Positions 1 to 12,370 are shown, numbered from the stretch's first letter. The stretch is 46,560 bases of DNA from Phoronis australis (GCA_002633005.1 NMRA01001158.1:1-46560), one strand, 5' to 3'. The notes: generated from the letters alone by a model not told the origin. Made by a program: numbers and translations.

Positions 1-925
1 GTAATAAGTTTCAATTTCCAATTTTGCTCTTATGCATGTCTTTTTATCTTTATTTTGACTTTATTCATGCAAAAACGTTCATTTCAGTTAAATTTTGCAA
101 CAAACAATATTTCTATCACACAAACCTATTAATTTGTGGAACAATACACCAAATTGAAATTTTTCCTTTTTGTCATTGACCATTTCAAGCCCTGATTAGC
201 AAAGTAAATTCACACGTAGAGATATGCATCACGAGTTTGTACTACTACTGACAAATTCAAGTGTGTAATACATATCCCTGCATCATGGTAACTGAATTCT
301 ATATCAATTAGTATACAATACAGCTATCTTGGGAGTGGTAGAATGGAATGTTATATATACACAAGCAAATGCCACAAACCAGGGCTGAGTGCATTGTAAA
401 TGAAAGTAGGGAGAAAACCTAGTCTGATCATTTGCTTCTCTTGTAATGCACAGCGACACCTAGTGAGGACTTGTATGATCTTGTGTTTTGCAAGTGACTT
501 GTGTCTGCAGAATGCACCCCAAGTATGTTGTGATGCAGTTTGTCAATACTTGAAACAGTATTGAGTGAGAAAGGTTACAAGAGAAAAATAAAATGACACA
601 TGACCTGAAGAACAACAAAACATTTCAACTTTGAAGTCCACCTCAAGATATAATTGATCCAGTTTCAAGACGCAACCGATTCCACCCATGAATACTACAT
701 TTTTCATCTGATTGAGAACTGGAGTATTTTCGTCCATGTATGTCTAAGAAAAATGGGTGACCCAATGCCAACAGACCTCTATAGTCATTGTGTGTAGAAC
801 AGTGTGTAGAACTCGGGAAGAAACAGAGACCCATGCATTCTGATCATGGCTTTTCTGTGCACATGAAATTTCTTGAACTATATTGGATGGTTCATGTTTT
901 GAGGTTGAATCTACTTTCATAGTGT

Positions 926-1234
926 CGGGGCCTTCAATATCGGCCCCATTCCCCCTGAAAAATTTCGAAAAATCGTGCGAAATTCCCCTCGTGAGGCCTA
1001 AAAATTACCCTCAAGTGATAGAAAAATTACCCTCGAGGTTTGAATCATTTGTAACTCACACAAGCGACGATTTGAATAAGTGCAAAATCTTAGTTTTGGC
1101 TACTTGAGGGAGAGCCTATGAAGGCTTGCAACAGGGTGGGGGTGCTATTGGCAGGTAGAATTTTCCCCTCACTCCCAAAAAATCCCCTCTCAGAAAGCAC
1201 AGGCACCTTTCCTCTCAAGTAAACGAGGGCCCTG
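926..1234. mobile_element. Probable MITE downstream of POMGNT2
   Basis: CGGGGCCTTC...GAGGGCCCTG termini and repeated AAATT(A/C)CCCTC motifs. No clean TSD. Confidence 0.5.
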
Positions 1235-1356
1235 AGTAGAGACATTTTCACAAGCTGAAATATTAATCTTTCTCATTCAGGAGAAGAAAACACTACGTTT
1301 TGCTACAGCAGAAAGGCAACTTTGTTAAAAGTCGTAAATGGTCCCCGAAATTCCAC

Positions 1357-1362
1357 TTTATT
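1357..1362 (-). terminator. Candidate polyadenylation signal AATAAA directly after the POMGNT2 stop
   Basis: The minus strand reads TAG TAA TAA AG; AATAAA overlaps the two extra stop codons. Other AATAAA candidates lie near 49-65. Confidence 0.4.
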
Positions 1363-1363
1363 A

Positions 1364-3073
1364 CTACCTAATGCACATCACAGATTTCATAGGACCAAAC
1401 ACGACTTCATCTAAAATGCATTTAATCCACACGATGTATTTGTCACCACTGGCTTGCAAGCTCATCGATGTTCGCGACGTAACGTAGGCCTTATAATCTG
1501 GCACGCCCACTTCCTCTACCCATAGTTCATAGCGAATGGATGTGCTTTCGATAAACTGCAGATTCCACGGCAGACCCCAGCTTAGTTGAAACAATTTTTT
1601 TCCAGCCACCTCGTGATATTCACAAACAATGTCAAGAACCACACTTGGAAACAGAGTAGGTACATCTTGAGCAATACTCTCTTGATGGTGACCGTTATAC
1701 AAAGTTTGTTTTACTAAATCGATAATTCCGTTTACATCAACAATCGTGTCCTGATAAATTCTAAACAGCCACTCTGGGTCTGCACAACACAAATGTAAAG
1801 GAACTTCCTCACTTGACAAAATTTTTAACTGGTAGGATTTGGACAAGTGACTGATTCCCCCTATACTAGGGTCTTCCTCTGGATGAGTTACAGTGTGTCT
1901 TTTATCCATGTTCCTCCAAGACAGATAGGTGACACTAGGGCTGCCTTTTTCAACCATTGTCTTATAAGGTGTGTAATGAGCTGGATTGACAGCATATGGA
2001 AACAACTCTACGAGAATGGAATCTTCTGGGAGAAACATACCAAGCACCATCAGAGACCCATGCATTCCAATCATGACTTTGGTACAAGAAATTTCTTGGA
2101 TGATCTCTTTAACGGTGTGTGTCTCGAGGCTGACTGAAACTACTTTCATGGACAATTCTTTCACAATCCGAAATATCAGTTCCCCCTCGTTCAGTACAAG
2201 TCTGTTATGTTTACGGGACAGTATGACAACAGTTTTCGAATGAAAATCACAGCCTTTGCTAATAGACAACTGGCCAGACAGAAAGCCTGTAAATGCTTGA
2301 CAGAGTGCTGGGTTAAATTTACTGCCCTGAACTGGATGCTGAGGCTCTTGAAACCCATAATCATACCAAACAGTACTTTTCGACAACCCCACAAAAGCAT
2401 CAACAAAGCACACCAAATCAAATTGTGAACTCAACAGGTTTTTCTTCGTTAAGGGATGAAGACTTGATAACATCATGTAGAGATCTGTGAATTCTGTTTC
2501 TTCCACGTCATCCATAAACATTAACTGTAAGTCTAAAGGAGTGTTGAAAAACTGGTTCAGTATCCTGACAGTGTGCCACACAGGTAATAGATCGTCATGA
2601 AAAACATGCATGATGTTGTCTGGGTGGAACCGTGAAAACAACAAGGTTGTTGCATGAATGTATGTCCTGGTGAATGATGATAACGATGAAACTGGCAAGT
2701 CAACATAGTTGAAGAACTTGGCTGAATGATCCGACACAGATGAGAAATCCATCAGACTTGGACTATGCCGATCCTCGGGTAGTCCTTCAAAAATACTTGA
2801 GGTTTCATGGAAGATTACAAACTCATTCCATTTTGTAGAGTAACAGAGATTCTTGAAGCGGCAAACTCTGTTTGTGTGATTGCTTCCAGAACACCAGATG
2901 GAGCTGTGAGTTGCATTTACACCCAAAGTTTCTCTTGATTTATGCGTAAAACTTTCCGTTTGACCATCTATTGTGTTTTGTACATAGTCAATATAAAACT
3001 TTCCAAGTAAGAAAAACAAAAATGTTATCCACACATACAGCCACTCTGGCTTGGACAATCCAAAAATAGACAT
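1364..3073 (-). CDS. POMGNT2: Protein O-linked-mannose beta-1,4-N-acetylglucosaminyltransferase 2 (GT61 family, C-terminal FN3-like domain), single coding exon, about 569 aa
   Basis: Uninterrupted ORF with an N-terminal signal anchor (WLYVWITFLFFLLG) and motifs recognisable from vertebrate POMGNT2: CRFKNLCY, NIMHVFHDDLLP, LSRKHNRLVLNE, MHG, ELFPYAVNP, CCADPEWLFRIYQDT, and WGLPWNL in the FN3-like tail. The ORF-track start at 3097 is a TTG; the first ATG is at 3073, with an in-frame TGA at 3127-3125 upstream. Confidence 0.93.
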   Translation of the reverse strand: MSIFGLSKPEWLYVWITFLFFLLGKFYIDYVQNTIDGQTESFTHKSRETLGVNATHSSIWCSGSNHTNRVCRFKNLCYSTKWNEFVIFHETSSIFEGLPEDRHSPSLMDFSSVSDHSAKFFNYVDLPVSSLSSFTRTYIHATTLLFSRFHPDNIMHVFHDDLLPVWHTVRILNQFFNTPLDLQLMFMDDVEETEFTDLYMMLSSLHPLTKKNLLSSQFDLVCFVDAFVGLSKSTVWYDYGFQEPQHPVQGSKFNPALCQAFTGFLSGQLSISKGCDFHSKTVVILSRKHNRLVLNEGELIFRIVKELSMKVVSVSLETHTVKEIIQEISCTKVMIGMHGSLMVLGMFLPEDSILVELFPYAVNPAHYTPYKTMVEKGSPSVTYLSWRNMDKRHTVTHPEEDPSIGGISHLSKSYQLKILSSEEVPLHLCCADPEWLFRIYQDTIVDVNGIIDLVKQTLYNGHHQESIAQDVPTLFPSVVLDIVCEYHEVAGKKLFQLSWGLPWNLQFIESTSIRYELWVEEVGVPDYKAYVTSRTSMSLQASGDKYIVWIKCILDEVVFGPMKSVMCIR

Positions 3074-4285
3074 TTTAGAAACATCAAAAACTCCCAATGC
3101 ATGTGGGATAGGTTGAATAAAACTTCAAAACATATCCACTAGACAAGCTTGATTGTTGCGTGGCAACACAATGCCAGACAATGTGATGCCATTATTGTTA
3201 ACTAGAGAGCAACTTTTATGCAGCTGTTTTTAATTCACAAGTCCATAAAAAACGTGGTTTCTTTCCTGTTGTCTCAAGAGAACAGACCCCTGGCTCCACT
3301 CAGCATATTTCACTTTACAGGAATTGAGAACCTTCAGAAACCAGCAGTCCACATTAAGCATTTGATTGATATGCCATCACAAGTTGATTGATCATTCTTC
3401 CATTCTTGATATATGTCTATGCTGAAAACAGAAGAACAACAATACTAGTGCGGCATTACTTGGTATTTTTAACTTTAAAGTTCTTGGAGCAAAATACTAC
3501 AAGCTACAGGGACATCTGACAACGGACAAAAGGGGCTTGAGATTCTCCATTTACACCAAATGCATACAATGATTAATACTAGACTGCATCAAATAGCCGG
3601 GCAACAAGTGTCCAGGCTTTTCACGAATTGGGGCACAAGCAATACCTATTACTTGAATATCAGCATGGATACCAATAGCCTCGTCCTCATGCCTCAAAAT
3701 GGAGCTGATTGAAGCTATCTTGAGGCTTGGGAACGAGGCTGGGATACCCATAGACGGTTCCACCATCTGAACTGGGCCAGCACAGCTGGCCAGCATCCCA
3801 TAGAGCTGCCATATGTCAGGCGCTTTTCAGCAAAATAGTTGCTACAAGTACCTTTTGAGCATACAGAGACATCTTGGGAGGCCGCTGATATCTTTAATTT
3901 CTTCCAAATCAAATAACTGGTTCAGTCATAAAGATTTCTTTCCAATACATTTCTTCGCTCATCATAGATACCATTTTGTCCACGTACAAGAGGTGCGACC
4001 CCAGCAGGCAAGTTTCAAGCACTAACTATATAACTCTGGCAGATCGCCAATGTAATGCGTTAGTGATGAGCTTACTCCCAAGGTCACAGAGGTCACCCTC
4101 CTTGAGATTTAAAAATTTACAGATTGATGCAATCAAAGCAGAAATGTGTAAGTTCCCAGAAATAAGTCAGTTGCCGACTTCAGTAACTGCCAAAAACTCA
4201 GGTCACATTAGGGTATGTGTCACCAAGGACACCCACTGCCAAATCATTTCATATATATAGTTAGTCGACGCCATTAGAAGAATTT

Positions 4286-4304
4286 GATGATGATGATGAT
4301 GATG
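4286..4304. repeat. (GAT)6 microsatellite
   Basis: GATGATGATGATGATGATG. Confidence 0.85.
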
Positions 4305-5180
4305 CCCTGACCAGCCATTTTTAAACAGCCAGTTGGGAAGCTTAATTTGCCGTTGGTAACAACATAAAGAGGTTGTCCATCTTGGTCTGATGTCTTAGTG
4401 ATTTTCACCAGAAATCGTGCTGGAGCATGTAATATGACCTCAAAGAATACTGCTTAAACTCTATTATTTTTCTTTCAAAGTTGCAATTCATCCCGGCGAT
4501 CAGCTGGCTGAAAATGTATTGAACTGGGTCTTTTACTTTCATAAAATCAGTCTCAGAATATTCCTTACCTAGACAGGACATTACAATATAAGACAAAAAA
4601 TCAGACAAAATACCATTTCATTGGCACCATCACAGATAATTCTGATAACATTAAAATAACTAGGGTGGAAAAAATCTAATCAAAGAATGGCTCACCTGGA
4701 ATTTCCGTAGATAAGCCCATGGGCGTGTATTCGGAAAATGAAAATTTTCAGGCATTTTAGTAACACCAAATAAATACCCGGGCATTTATTCGGAAAAGGG
4801 GGCGTGTAAATGGAAATTATGTCATAGTTTTACCGACATTGACATTTTTTGCTTAAAGCTGTGTTTTAATGAATGCATTCTTCGCCAACACCTTGTTTGT
4901 TTTTATGAGTGATAAATTTTCCACAAAGCTGAATTTGTGACAAAAAGTTGACACGGCGTGGGCTTTTAAAAGGAAAATTTCCAATGCCCCACTGCATGTC
5001 TGCATCAAAAGTTGAAACACCAAACAAACGCCCATGTAAAGAATTCAACATTGGTAGCTACACAGCGGCGAGAAACCCTTTAGAAGGACAAGTACCTTTT
5101 ACTTTTAGTTAAAACTTTACTTAGTTAGGACCTATTAGTAAAAACGTTTGGCCAAATTGTTTGGATTATCGTCCGGTTAC

Positions 5181-5300
5181 CTATTTTCGTCAGGCTCCAA
5201 AGTTCGTCCGCCATCTTGTTTCGCGTGCAGCGCAACCACGCGGGACTTAGCGTTCCAATTTGGAGTTCTCGTCTGCACGTTAGGTACTAACTTATCGGAA
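5181..5300 (-). promoter_or_regulatory. Probable POMGNT2 promoter / first exon (YY1-like AAGATGGCGG followed by a splice donor)
   Basis: CpG-rich patch; the minus strand reads CAAGATGGCGG...AAAATAG|GTAACC (donor at 5180). A strong acceptor TTCTTCTGTTTTCAG| precedes 3421, about 350 nt upstream of the ATG. Confidence 0.45.
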
Positions 5301-5450
5301 GAGACACGTATCAAAGTAATGAGACAAAAATCGGTGAGTTTACCGATTGTTTTTTAAAACCACTTAAAAATCAGTAGATTTTACTAATACACTTTTTTGT
5401 GCGTTTTCAGAAGATGTTTTCGAATTTAAATTTTCTTCCGACGGGACACA

Positions 5451-5912
5451 NNNNNNNNNNNNNNNNNNNNNNNNNNNNNNNNNNNNNNNNNNNNNNNNNN
5501 NNNNNNNNNNNNNNNNNNNNNNNNNNNNNNNNNNNNNNNNNNNNNNNNNNNNNNNNNNNNNNNNNNNNNNNNNNNNNNNNNNNNNNNNNNNNNNNNNNNN
5601 NNNNNNNNNNNNNNNNNNNNNNNNNNNNNNNNNNNNNNNNNNNNNNNNNNNNNNNNNNNNNNNNNNNNNNNNNNNNNNNNNNNNNNNNNNNNNNNNNNNN
5701 NNNNNNNNNNNNNNNNNNNNNNNNNNNNNNNNNNNNNNNNNNNNNNNNNNNNNNNNNNNNNNNNNNNNNNNNNNNNNNNNNNNNNNNNNNNNNNNNNNNN
5801 NNNNNNNNNNNNNNNNNNNNNNNNNNNNNNNNNNNNNNNNNNNNNNNNNNNNNNNNNNNNNNNNNNNNNNNNNNNNNNNNNNNNNNNNNNNNNNNNNNNN
5901 NNNNNNNNNNNN
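5451..5912. other. Assembly gap
   Basis: Run of N. Confidence 1.
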
Positions 5913-8900
5913 AATAAAATGGCTGCCGAAGGCAGTGCACATTTGAAATAACTCGGCACAAATTAAAGAAAACTTCCGAATCGATGAATGCGGTATATCT
6001 GTGAGAGTTAAATCGAATCCTATTCAGATCATAACTTTGAAGTGGAATAATTCGGTGAGTACAACAGCAAGTCGGTTTTATGCTTAGGCGGACGAACATT
6101 GGGCTCCCCAGTATATAACTTGTATCCTCTACAGTACACTTGGGCAACATATCATTGTTTCGTTCCACAAAGTCATTAATCAACTACGCAGCTTCTTATA
6201 GGGCCAAAAGGAAATCAAGTCTGAATTTTGCCATTCTGGATTGTTTTGACGATACCTGAAGTCGCAGCGGATTCCTCAGTCGCCAAACTTAGTGAACTGC
6301 ATAAGCCGATAAGCAACACGGCCACAGGGGGCTGCCATTTTGAAAAATGTAAATGTACAGGCGAAATTGTTTATTTTTATCATTTACAATACATTCACTT
6401 CATAAGTACACATAAACTAGAAAATTTAAATTTTTTTGCAACTTAAATCTAAAAATGACGCCAAAAAAGGCATATTAACTTAGACACTGACCGCGGCTAC
6501 AGCTTATCTGTTGATCAGTGCCACCTTTCAGTTGGCGGTTAAACAATGAGAAACAATTTCCGTAGACTCTTTGAATATTTCTAGTTGAGTATGTGTATAT
6601 TACGCCAGGCTAGTGTTGAATTACGTGGTAACAAATTAAGTTAAAGCAAAGCAGGGACTCCACTATGTTCCCTAGCTAATGCACTGACTTCGTGGCAATG
6701 AGGCTTTGATACAGCTAGGCACTTGTGAGCTCCATCCTCTTTCATTTTCATTATGATATTTTCTACGAATAAACTTCAATTTTGATCCCTTATTTCATGG
6801 AAATAAAACTGAGACTACGTCGGAGATTTCAACATTTAGTTTACTAGCTTCGGCATCGCTTCTCAGTTGGCACATATAAATATCATATAGTTATAATAAG
6901 TATTTTTATAATTTAAAAATTATTTTATGTAAGCTACTGCTTCGTCCTCCTAGACATTATCATATTGTTTTAATTATCGGGTCAGTGACCGTCTTTGTTC
7001 TCCCACTATTGGTGTAATAGCAGGCCTACTAAGTGATTTCTTTGTCTCCTCGCCGCTAAACGCTACGGTGCCATCATCCATAATTTCTCCGTCTTCAACT
7101 TTGTATTTTTCTGTCAATTAAGTTCCACACTGATCTCTCCCTCCCTCAATCCACTTTTTCCTATTTACTCTAATTTCTTATATCGATGTCACGGCGTTGC
7201 TTTGGCATATTGTTTTCCATGTTTATAGTTCAACAAAATTATATACCGTACCAGGCCCGTGGCCTGAAGGCAAAGAAATATTGGGGGGAGCACAAACCAT
7301 TTCGACTTCGCTCGTTCGGGAAACAGTAACATTATTTTATAATTAACCATCGGAAAAAGTCCTTTTGTGTAATTCACAAATAGTGGTCTTCGCGTTCTTC
7401 AAAATTCCACCCTTTTGATGGTGGCAATCCTACTGTATTTTTTCACATTTTTGGTTGTTTGGGTCGAATGGCTGTGCTGTACACAAATGTTTTCTGTTTT
7501 TTTTTTGGTTAAAAAAGAGACAGTGCATTCCACCGCCGTGTGGTCCCAAAATGGTGCAGGGAGTGACCTCCCTCAACAGGAAAGCCGGTTGCACGATTTC
7601 ACAAAAAACAGGCAAATGGAGGTAATCGATTCTAACATTGGGCCCACTCTCCGTGAGCGGCCCCTCAAGAATTTGTCAATAAAAATACAAAAAGGGTGGC
7701 CACTTCAATGTCATCAGTGTTCTCCTTCAAGGGCGAGGCCCCTAAATATGAAAATATCTATATTCAAATATTAGAAAATGCGCAGCAAATGATGATATCT
7801 GTCAAGTCATCAATTTTTCTCAAGTAGCCTAATATAGTTTCGAGAAAAAAACGAATAAAGCGAAAGTTGTCTCCGCTATCCCTTGCATCTGGAAAAATAT
7901 AGTTTTGCATTCTTAAAATTGACTCATTGAATTTAAAAACTGAGTGAATTAGTACGCTCCGCAAAAGCCACTCTTTCCAAATTCCTCGATTTTTCGAAAT
8001 ATATATGTATGATTGATTTCGTGTACGTTTTCAAGTGTGTTTAGACGACCTGTGCTGCAAAAGCGGAGACCCTAACGACAATGTCCAGAACAGGGTTCTC
8101 AAAATGTAAACCATGCACTGATGCAGAGTTGTTAAATGTTCTCTTGAATTTTCTCTCTTATCCGTATTTCGCAGTCTTTCTTTTCTCGACTGTCGGTTGC
8201 CACGGTTTAACCGTGCGCCTGATATTTCGGGGGGCACCCGAGTGCCTCCCCCTTCCCCCTCCCCGCTTCCTACGGCCCTGAACACCTGTAGGAATGCCGA
8301 TTGTGGGCAGATTGTCACCGACCTTTACAGCTCAGCATATTGCATATTAACTTTTGCATTAATCGATGTCAGTAGTTTTAGTTTATCATGATATTTATGT
8401 CTTGTTGTCTCATCCTCACGTGTTGTTTCACTGTAACCCAGCTTCGGTATCACTTCGCAGTTGGCGCATATAAAGATAAGGATACAGATGGACAACATCA
8501 ACAACAAAATTGTTGCAGCTACTGGTACTATAGGCTAACTACAGTGATATCTAAGATAGTAATAATTTTGAATTTGCTTCTGATTCAAAGCGCTTCACAT
8601 AATTATCAGGCCTTACCCGGCCAAATTCGCCTGAACGGTGTTTGCCTTGATGACAAGATCGCGCAGACGATTAGAGGAGGTTTTATGTTATTCGTCGTCA
8701 TTGAACGCGCGTGTTGGCTACAATATAGGGCCGATAACAAGGGAGTCTAGAAGTAAATGTCTATAGGCCTACCTAGTTAGCAGCGAGAGAGCTCCCAAAA
8801 AGTAGTGTGGTGTGAATGCTTAAAATCGACCAAGAAACAAAACAGCAGAAAAAAGGTTTGGTACGGTTAAGTACAGGCATTTTCAAATTCGGAATAGAAA

Positions 8901-9581
8901 GTGATCGTCGTAGTTTTGTGGATTGACATGCATGTGTATACACGCGTGTGTGTGTATGCATTCACGCCGACGGTAAGTTCCGCACTATAGGCAGACCTGA
9001 CCGTCGTTGCTTAAAAACCAGACTTTTCACTACCGTGTTTTCTTGCACTGAGGAAACCCTGACGAGCATGTCCACATTATTATAAGGGAAAATTAGGTCT
9101 ACTAGACCGAATAAAAACTTTGGTCAATGAAGTGTCAATCAGTGCCAATGGTGCACAGCTTCGCAGACTTCTTACTAGCAACAAACTTGATGGAAAAAAA
9201 TTTCCAAGGTTACATGTCACTATTCCAAAAGTTCAGTACTCCGAAGTTTTAACTACTCCGACGGTTCGCTACCTTCGAAAGTTAAGTACTTCGAATGACC
9301 AGAACTCCGACAGTTCATTGCTCTGACTGTCTGCCAATGAGTCGGGACTGGCATGGATAAAGTATTGTATTTGTGTCCATTTACTTTAAAGAGTGTGCAA
9401 AAGTTGAGTAGTTCTTAAAACTTTAATTACATTGATTACAAATGATCTCTGTTCCAATCACTGGCAGTCGTGCTTCTATGTCACTCTGTAACGACTCATT
9501 CTCAAGCAGGGACAACATCGGGTCAGGACTGCGGCAACCAACGGCGGCCGGGTTTTAAATTTAAGAATACTGAACTGAACA

Positions 9582-9765
9582 CAGTAGCGGGCTTAGAGTG
9601 GGGCCAAGGGGGTCATGCCCCGCCCCCCCCCCTAAAATTCTCCCAGATTCTTTTTNNNNNNNNNNNNNNNNNNNNNNNNNNNNNNGGTGCGAAGGACTGA
9701 CGCGGGGCAAAATCCTGGCTAATACTCTGCCCTGTCCCCCACTCAAAATCCTGGATCCGCCCCTG
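9582..9765. mobile_element. Short GC-rich MITE (spans a gap)
   Basis: CAGTAGCGG...CCGCCCCTG termini with flanks GAACA/GAACG. The left half is homologous to 46472 onward. Confidence 0.65.
9656..9685. other. Assembly gap
   Basis: Run of N. Confidence 1.
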
Positions 9766-10451
9766 GAACGGGACTCTAAGTTGACTTCGTGAAGCGTGAC
9801 AGGCCAGGGACAGGGTAGCCCACTAACTACATTTAGTCAAGGAGTGTTGTACGGTTGTGCTGCACTCCTTGACTTACAGTTTCGACACGGCCGTGCGTGT
9901 GGGCGGTGGGTGTGCCGGGCTGAGGCGCAGCGGTCCTAAACTCAGTCATTTGTGAAATGATGCGTTCTTGACATGGATTTGATGCATGTACTGTGGTTGA
10001 TAATTCATCAGTATTCCTACTTCATGTTCTTTTGCAAATGCAAGTACGAACTCATTTTTCCGTACTCGTAAGACATGCGGGCAATTTTGGGTGCGCATGA
10101 AATCCGGGCCGATTGTTTTCGGTATAGGTATACAACTCAGTGTATCTAATAACTGAAGTATCGTTTATTTTTTAGTGTAAAAACATAAAAATTACTCCAG
10201 AGTCCGCAATTTTAGAACCTTCGGTATAGTGAACTGTTCTCATTTCCATCGATGTAAGCAACTAAATGCAACCAGATAAAAATTCAAGCCATTCTCCGAC
10301 TAAATATTTCCGTCCGAGTATGGAATGAGGTATAATCACTCATTTAAACACACCTGATTTGAAAGTTTGTTAGGGGTTAACGCTAGAACGACCACTTTCT
10401 GGACCACATTTCAACTGAATTTGAGTCTCGTCCTTTGCGAGCAATCGTCAC

Positions 10452-10782
10452 GTGTATGGTAGGCCAAGTGCGACATAAGTCCTATTTATTTCAGGTAATA
10501 ATTCGCGATTTATTCCACTAACAATTATTTAGCCAATCAGAAGCCAGGAATAATCACTGTAATTTCCAGTAATTAGTATTTTTCCAGTAACAATTATTTA
10601 TTTCTGGAATAAATCAATCAAACGGAGGCCAGGATTAATTACTGTAATAAATATTTATTACAGGAATTAATAATTATTTCAGTAATAAATATTTACTACA
10701 GTAATTATTTCTGGCTTCTGATTGGTTAAAGAATTATTGCTGTACTAAATCGCACTTATGTCGCATTTGGCCTTCCATACGC
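10452..10782. mobile_element. Foldback/palindromic MITE
   Basis: GTATGGTAGGCCAAGTGCGACATAAGT / ACTTATGTCGCATTTGGCCTTCCATAC and an inner pair GCCAATCAGAAGCCAG / CTGGCTTCTGATTGGT around an AT-rich, internally palindromic core. Confidence 0.75.
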
Positions 10783-11477
10783 TTGGAGAGCAAACTGGGG
10801 TCAGACAGAAGTTATTATTAGCTACGCTCTGACCGAGTGGTGACGACTCACAGCTTTTCGCGCAATTTACAAACCCGTATACCGAATTCTTAATTCCAGC
10901 GAAAACTTAAGAAATTTTCGCAAACCGTCGTTTGCTTCAACTTGCAACATTTTGCAGTTGTGTGGCCTGTTGAATGGCGTTTACAAAGTGATTCACACCT
11001 CCACTTTCTTGAAACCACTTCTGAGACTGTCGTCTGGGCGCGCGGCAGGCTGGGTCATGCAAGTTGCACCAGGTGTATCGTGGGCCGATGAGACCAGGAA
11101 AGTATCGTAAAGTACGATCGAAACTTCGCTCTTGTTACAATCGTAAACGTTGTATCCAATGAGAAATTGATTTGTGTATAAAAGGAATCCTACGTTGACT
11201 CCCTTACCTGTCGAGATTACACAACTCGACAGTTTTGCGTACCTCGAGGTCTGCCGGCATTGAAAAAACACCATATTGTTGTGGTTAATTACATTGCCTC
11301 AGGGTGCTGATGTTATCGTTCTCTAATTAATTAATTAGATCCATCACAAACACAGTGGGGGCGACTGAACAAGAAATGACTTTTACAACCTAAAACGTTT
11401 GTATGATGTTGCCATCATGTTCCTCATATAATTCTTCTGGTTGTGCAATCCAACTGGGCTAATTACCATACCACCAG

Positions 11478-11627
11478 CATGGGCGGCGCACCATAGGGGG
11501 CTGGGGAGACTATAGCCCCCACTTTTTTCAGTGCTACGCCGTACATAGTCTATAGGTGGTGCCCCACAGGAGGCTGAGGGGGCTTTAGCCCCCCCCCCCC
11601 CAATTTTTCAGTGCTGTGCCGCCCATG
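11478..11627. mobile_element. 150-bp MITE with 5-bp TSD
   Basis: TIR CATGGGCGGCGCA / TGTGCCGCCCATG, TSD ACCAG on both sides, internal direct repeat GGGGGCT...AGCCCCC...TTTTTCAGTGCT. Confidence 0.8.
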
Positions 11628-12296
11628 ACCAGGTATGAGCAGTTGAAAGCCAGGTGTCATCGTAAAATTGAACGCTCGTTATTTTACGCTATTATTCTTG
11701 CGCTCATAAAATATGAGAGAAAGTTTACGCTCAAGCTGTTTTGAGAACATTGCGTATAGCGTAGTGAGAGGATGTTCCGAAGGAGGGTAGTCAGACTTGG
11801 TTATTCTAGCCCGGTAATACCTAACTTTATTAACCTAGGACCACATATTCAGTACTCCCAGTGATTCATTCTTTTTCACGAATTTTGAACTCAAAATATA
11901 CGAGAGTAAAACTACGAGTGTACCACTTCTTCAGAGCTCTCACGACCTACAAACCGTTGGATATAACGATTACGGTAGTAAACTACGAGCGAAGTCTCGG
12001 TCGTACTGCGAGCGTATATTACGGGCGACACTAAATTCTTCTCAATGAACAGCCCAAGATACAGCTGCAACTTGCGCTGGCGCGCTCTTTTTCAGAAAGC
12101 GGAAACTATTCTATGACCGCACTCACTTTCGGCTTTGAGCGGACAATCATTGATCATTGATTATTGTTATCGTATTTACTGTGCGACTCCGGTCCAGTCT
12201 ATACAGGTTGTGTGCTGTACACTGACGTCGGCGTACTTGACGAGTCGACTACAGCTCCCCGGGTTACGTGTCAACTGCCAAGGTTTCATTGCAATC

Positions 12297-12370
12297 ATGC
12301 CGCGTACATCGAGTAGACGAAGGAATGCCTCGTCTCCACCCGAGGGTCCTCCGAGCTCCCGAGCAAGATT
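12297..12370 (+). CDS. TGM: Transglutaminase exon 1 (inferred): [24 protein letters not shown]
   Basis: ATCATGC start in a CpG-rich region, consensus donor GTAAGT at 12371, phase 2 matches the next exon. No family motif, so it is supported by splice signals only. Confidence 0.65.

Noticed and set aside
1847-2428. Short ORFs overlapping POMGNT2 (and antisense ORFs at 23967, 28057, 32535)
   Set aside because: They are shadow frames of real coding exons with no motifs.
3074-3097. TTG start of the 577-aa ORF
   Set aside because: This is a eukaryotic gene; the first ATG at 3073 directly precedes the signal anchor.
3500-4274. Minus-strand frame with many TGA codons (selenoprotein?) and faint RT-like words (SVTLGV...HYIGDLP)
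   Set aside because: TAA and TAG stops occur in the same frame and no SECIS is evident. The RT resemblance is too weak to call without a profile search.
4286-4304. His6-like (CAT)6 on the minus strand
   Set aside because: A simple microsatellite with no vector or supported CDS context.
5364-6183. Four long ORFs in the track
   Set aside because: They are artefacts of translating through the N gap.
7252-8280. Single MITE bounded by CAGGCCCGTGG and CCTACGGCCCTG
   Set aside because: The flanks (CGTAC versus AACAC) do not form a TSD; these are more likely ends of separate decayed elements.
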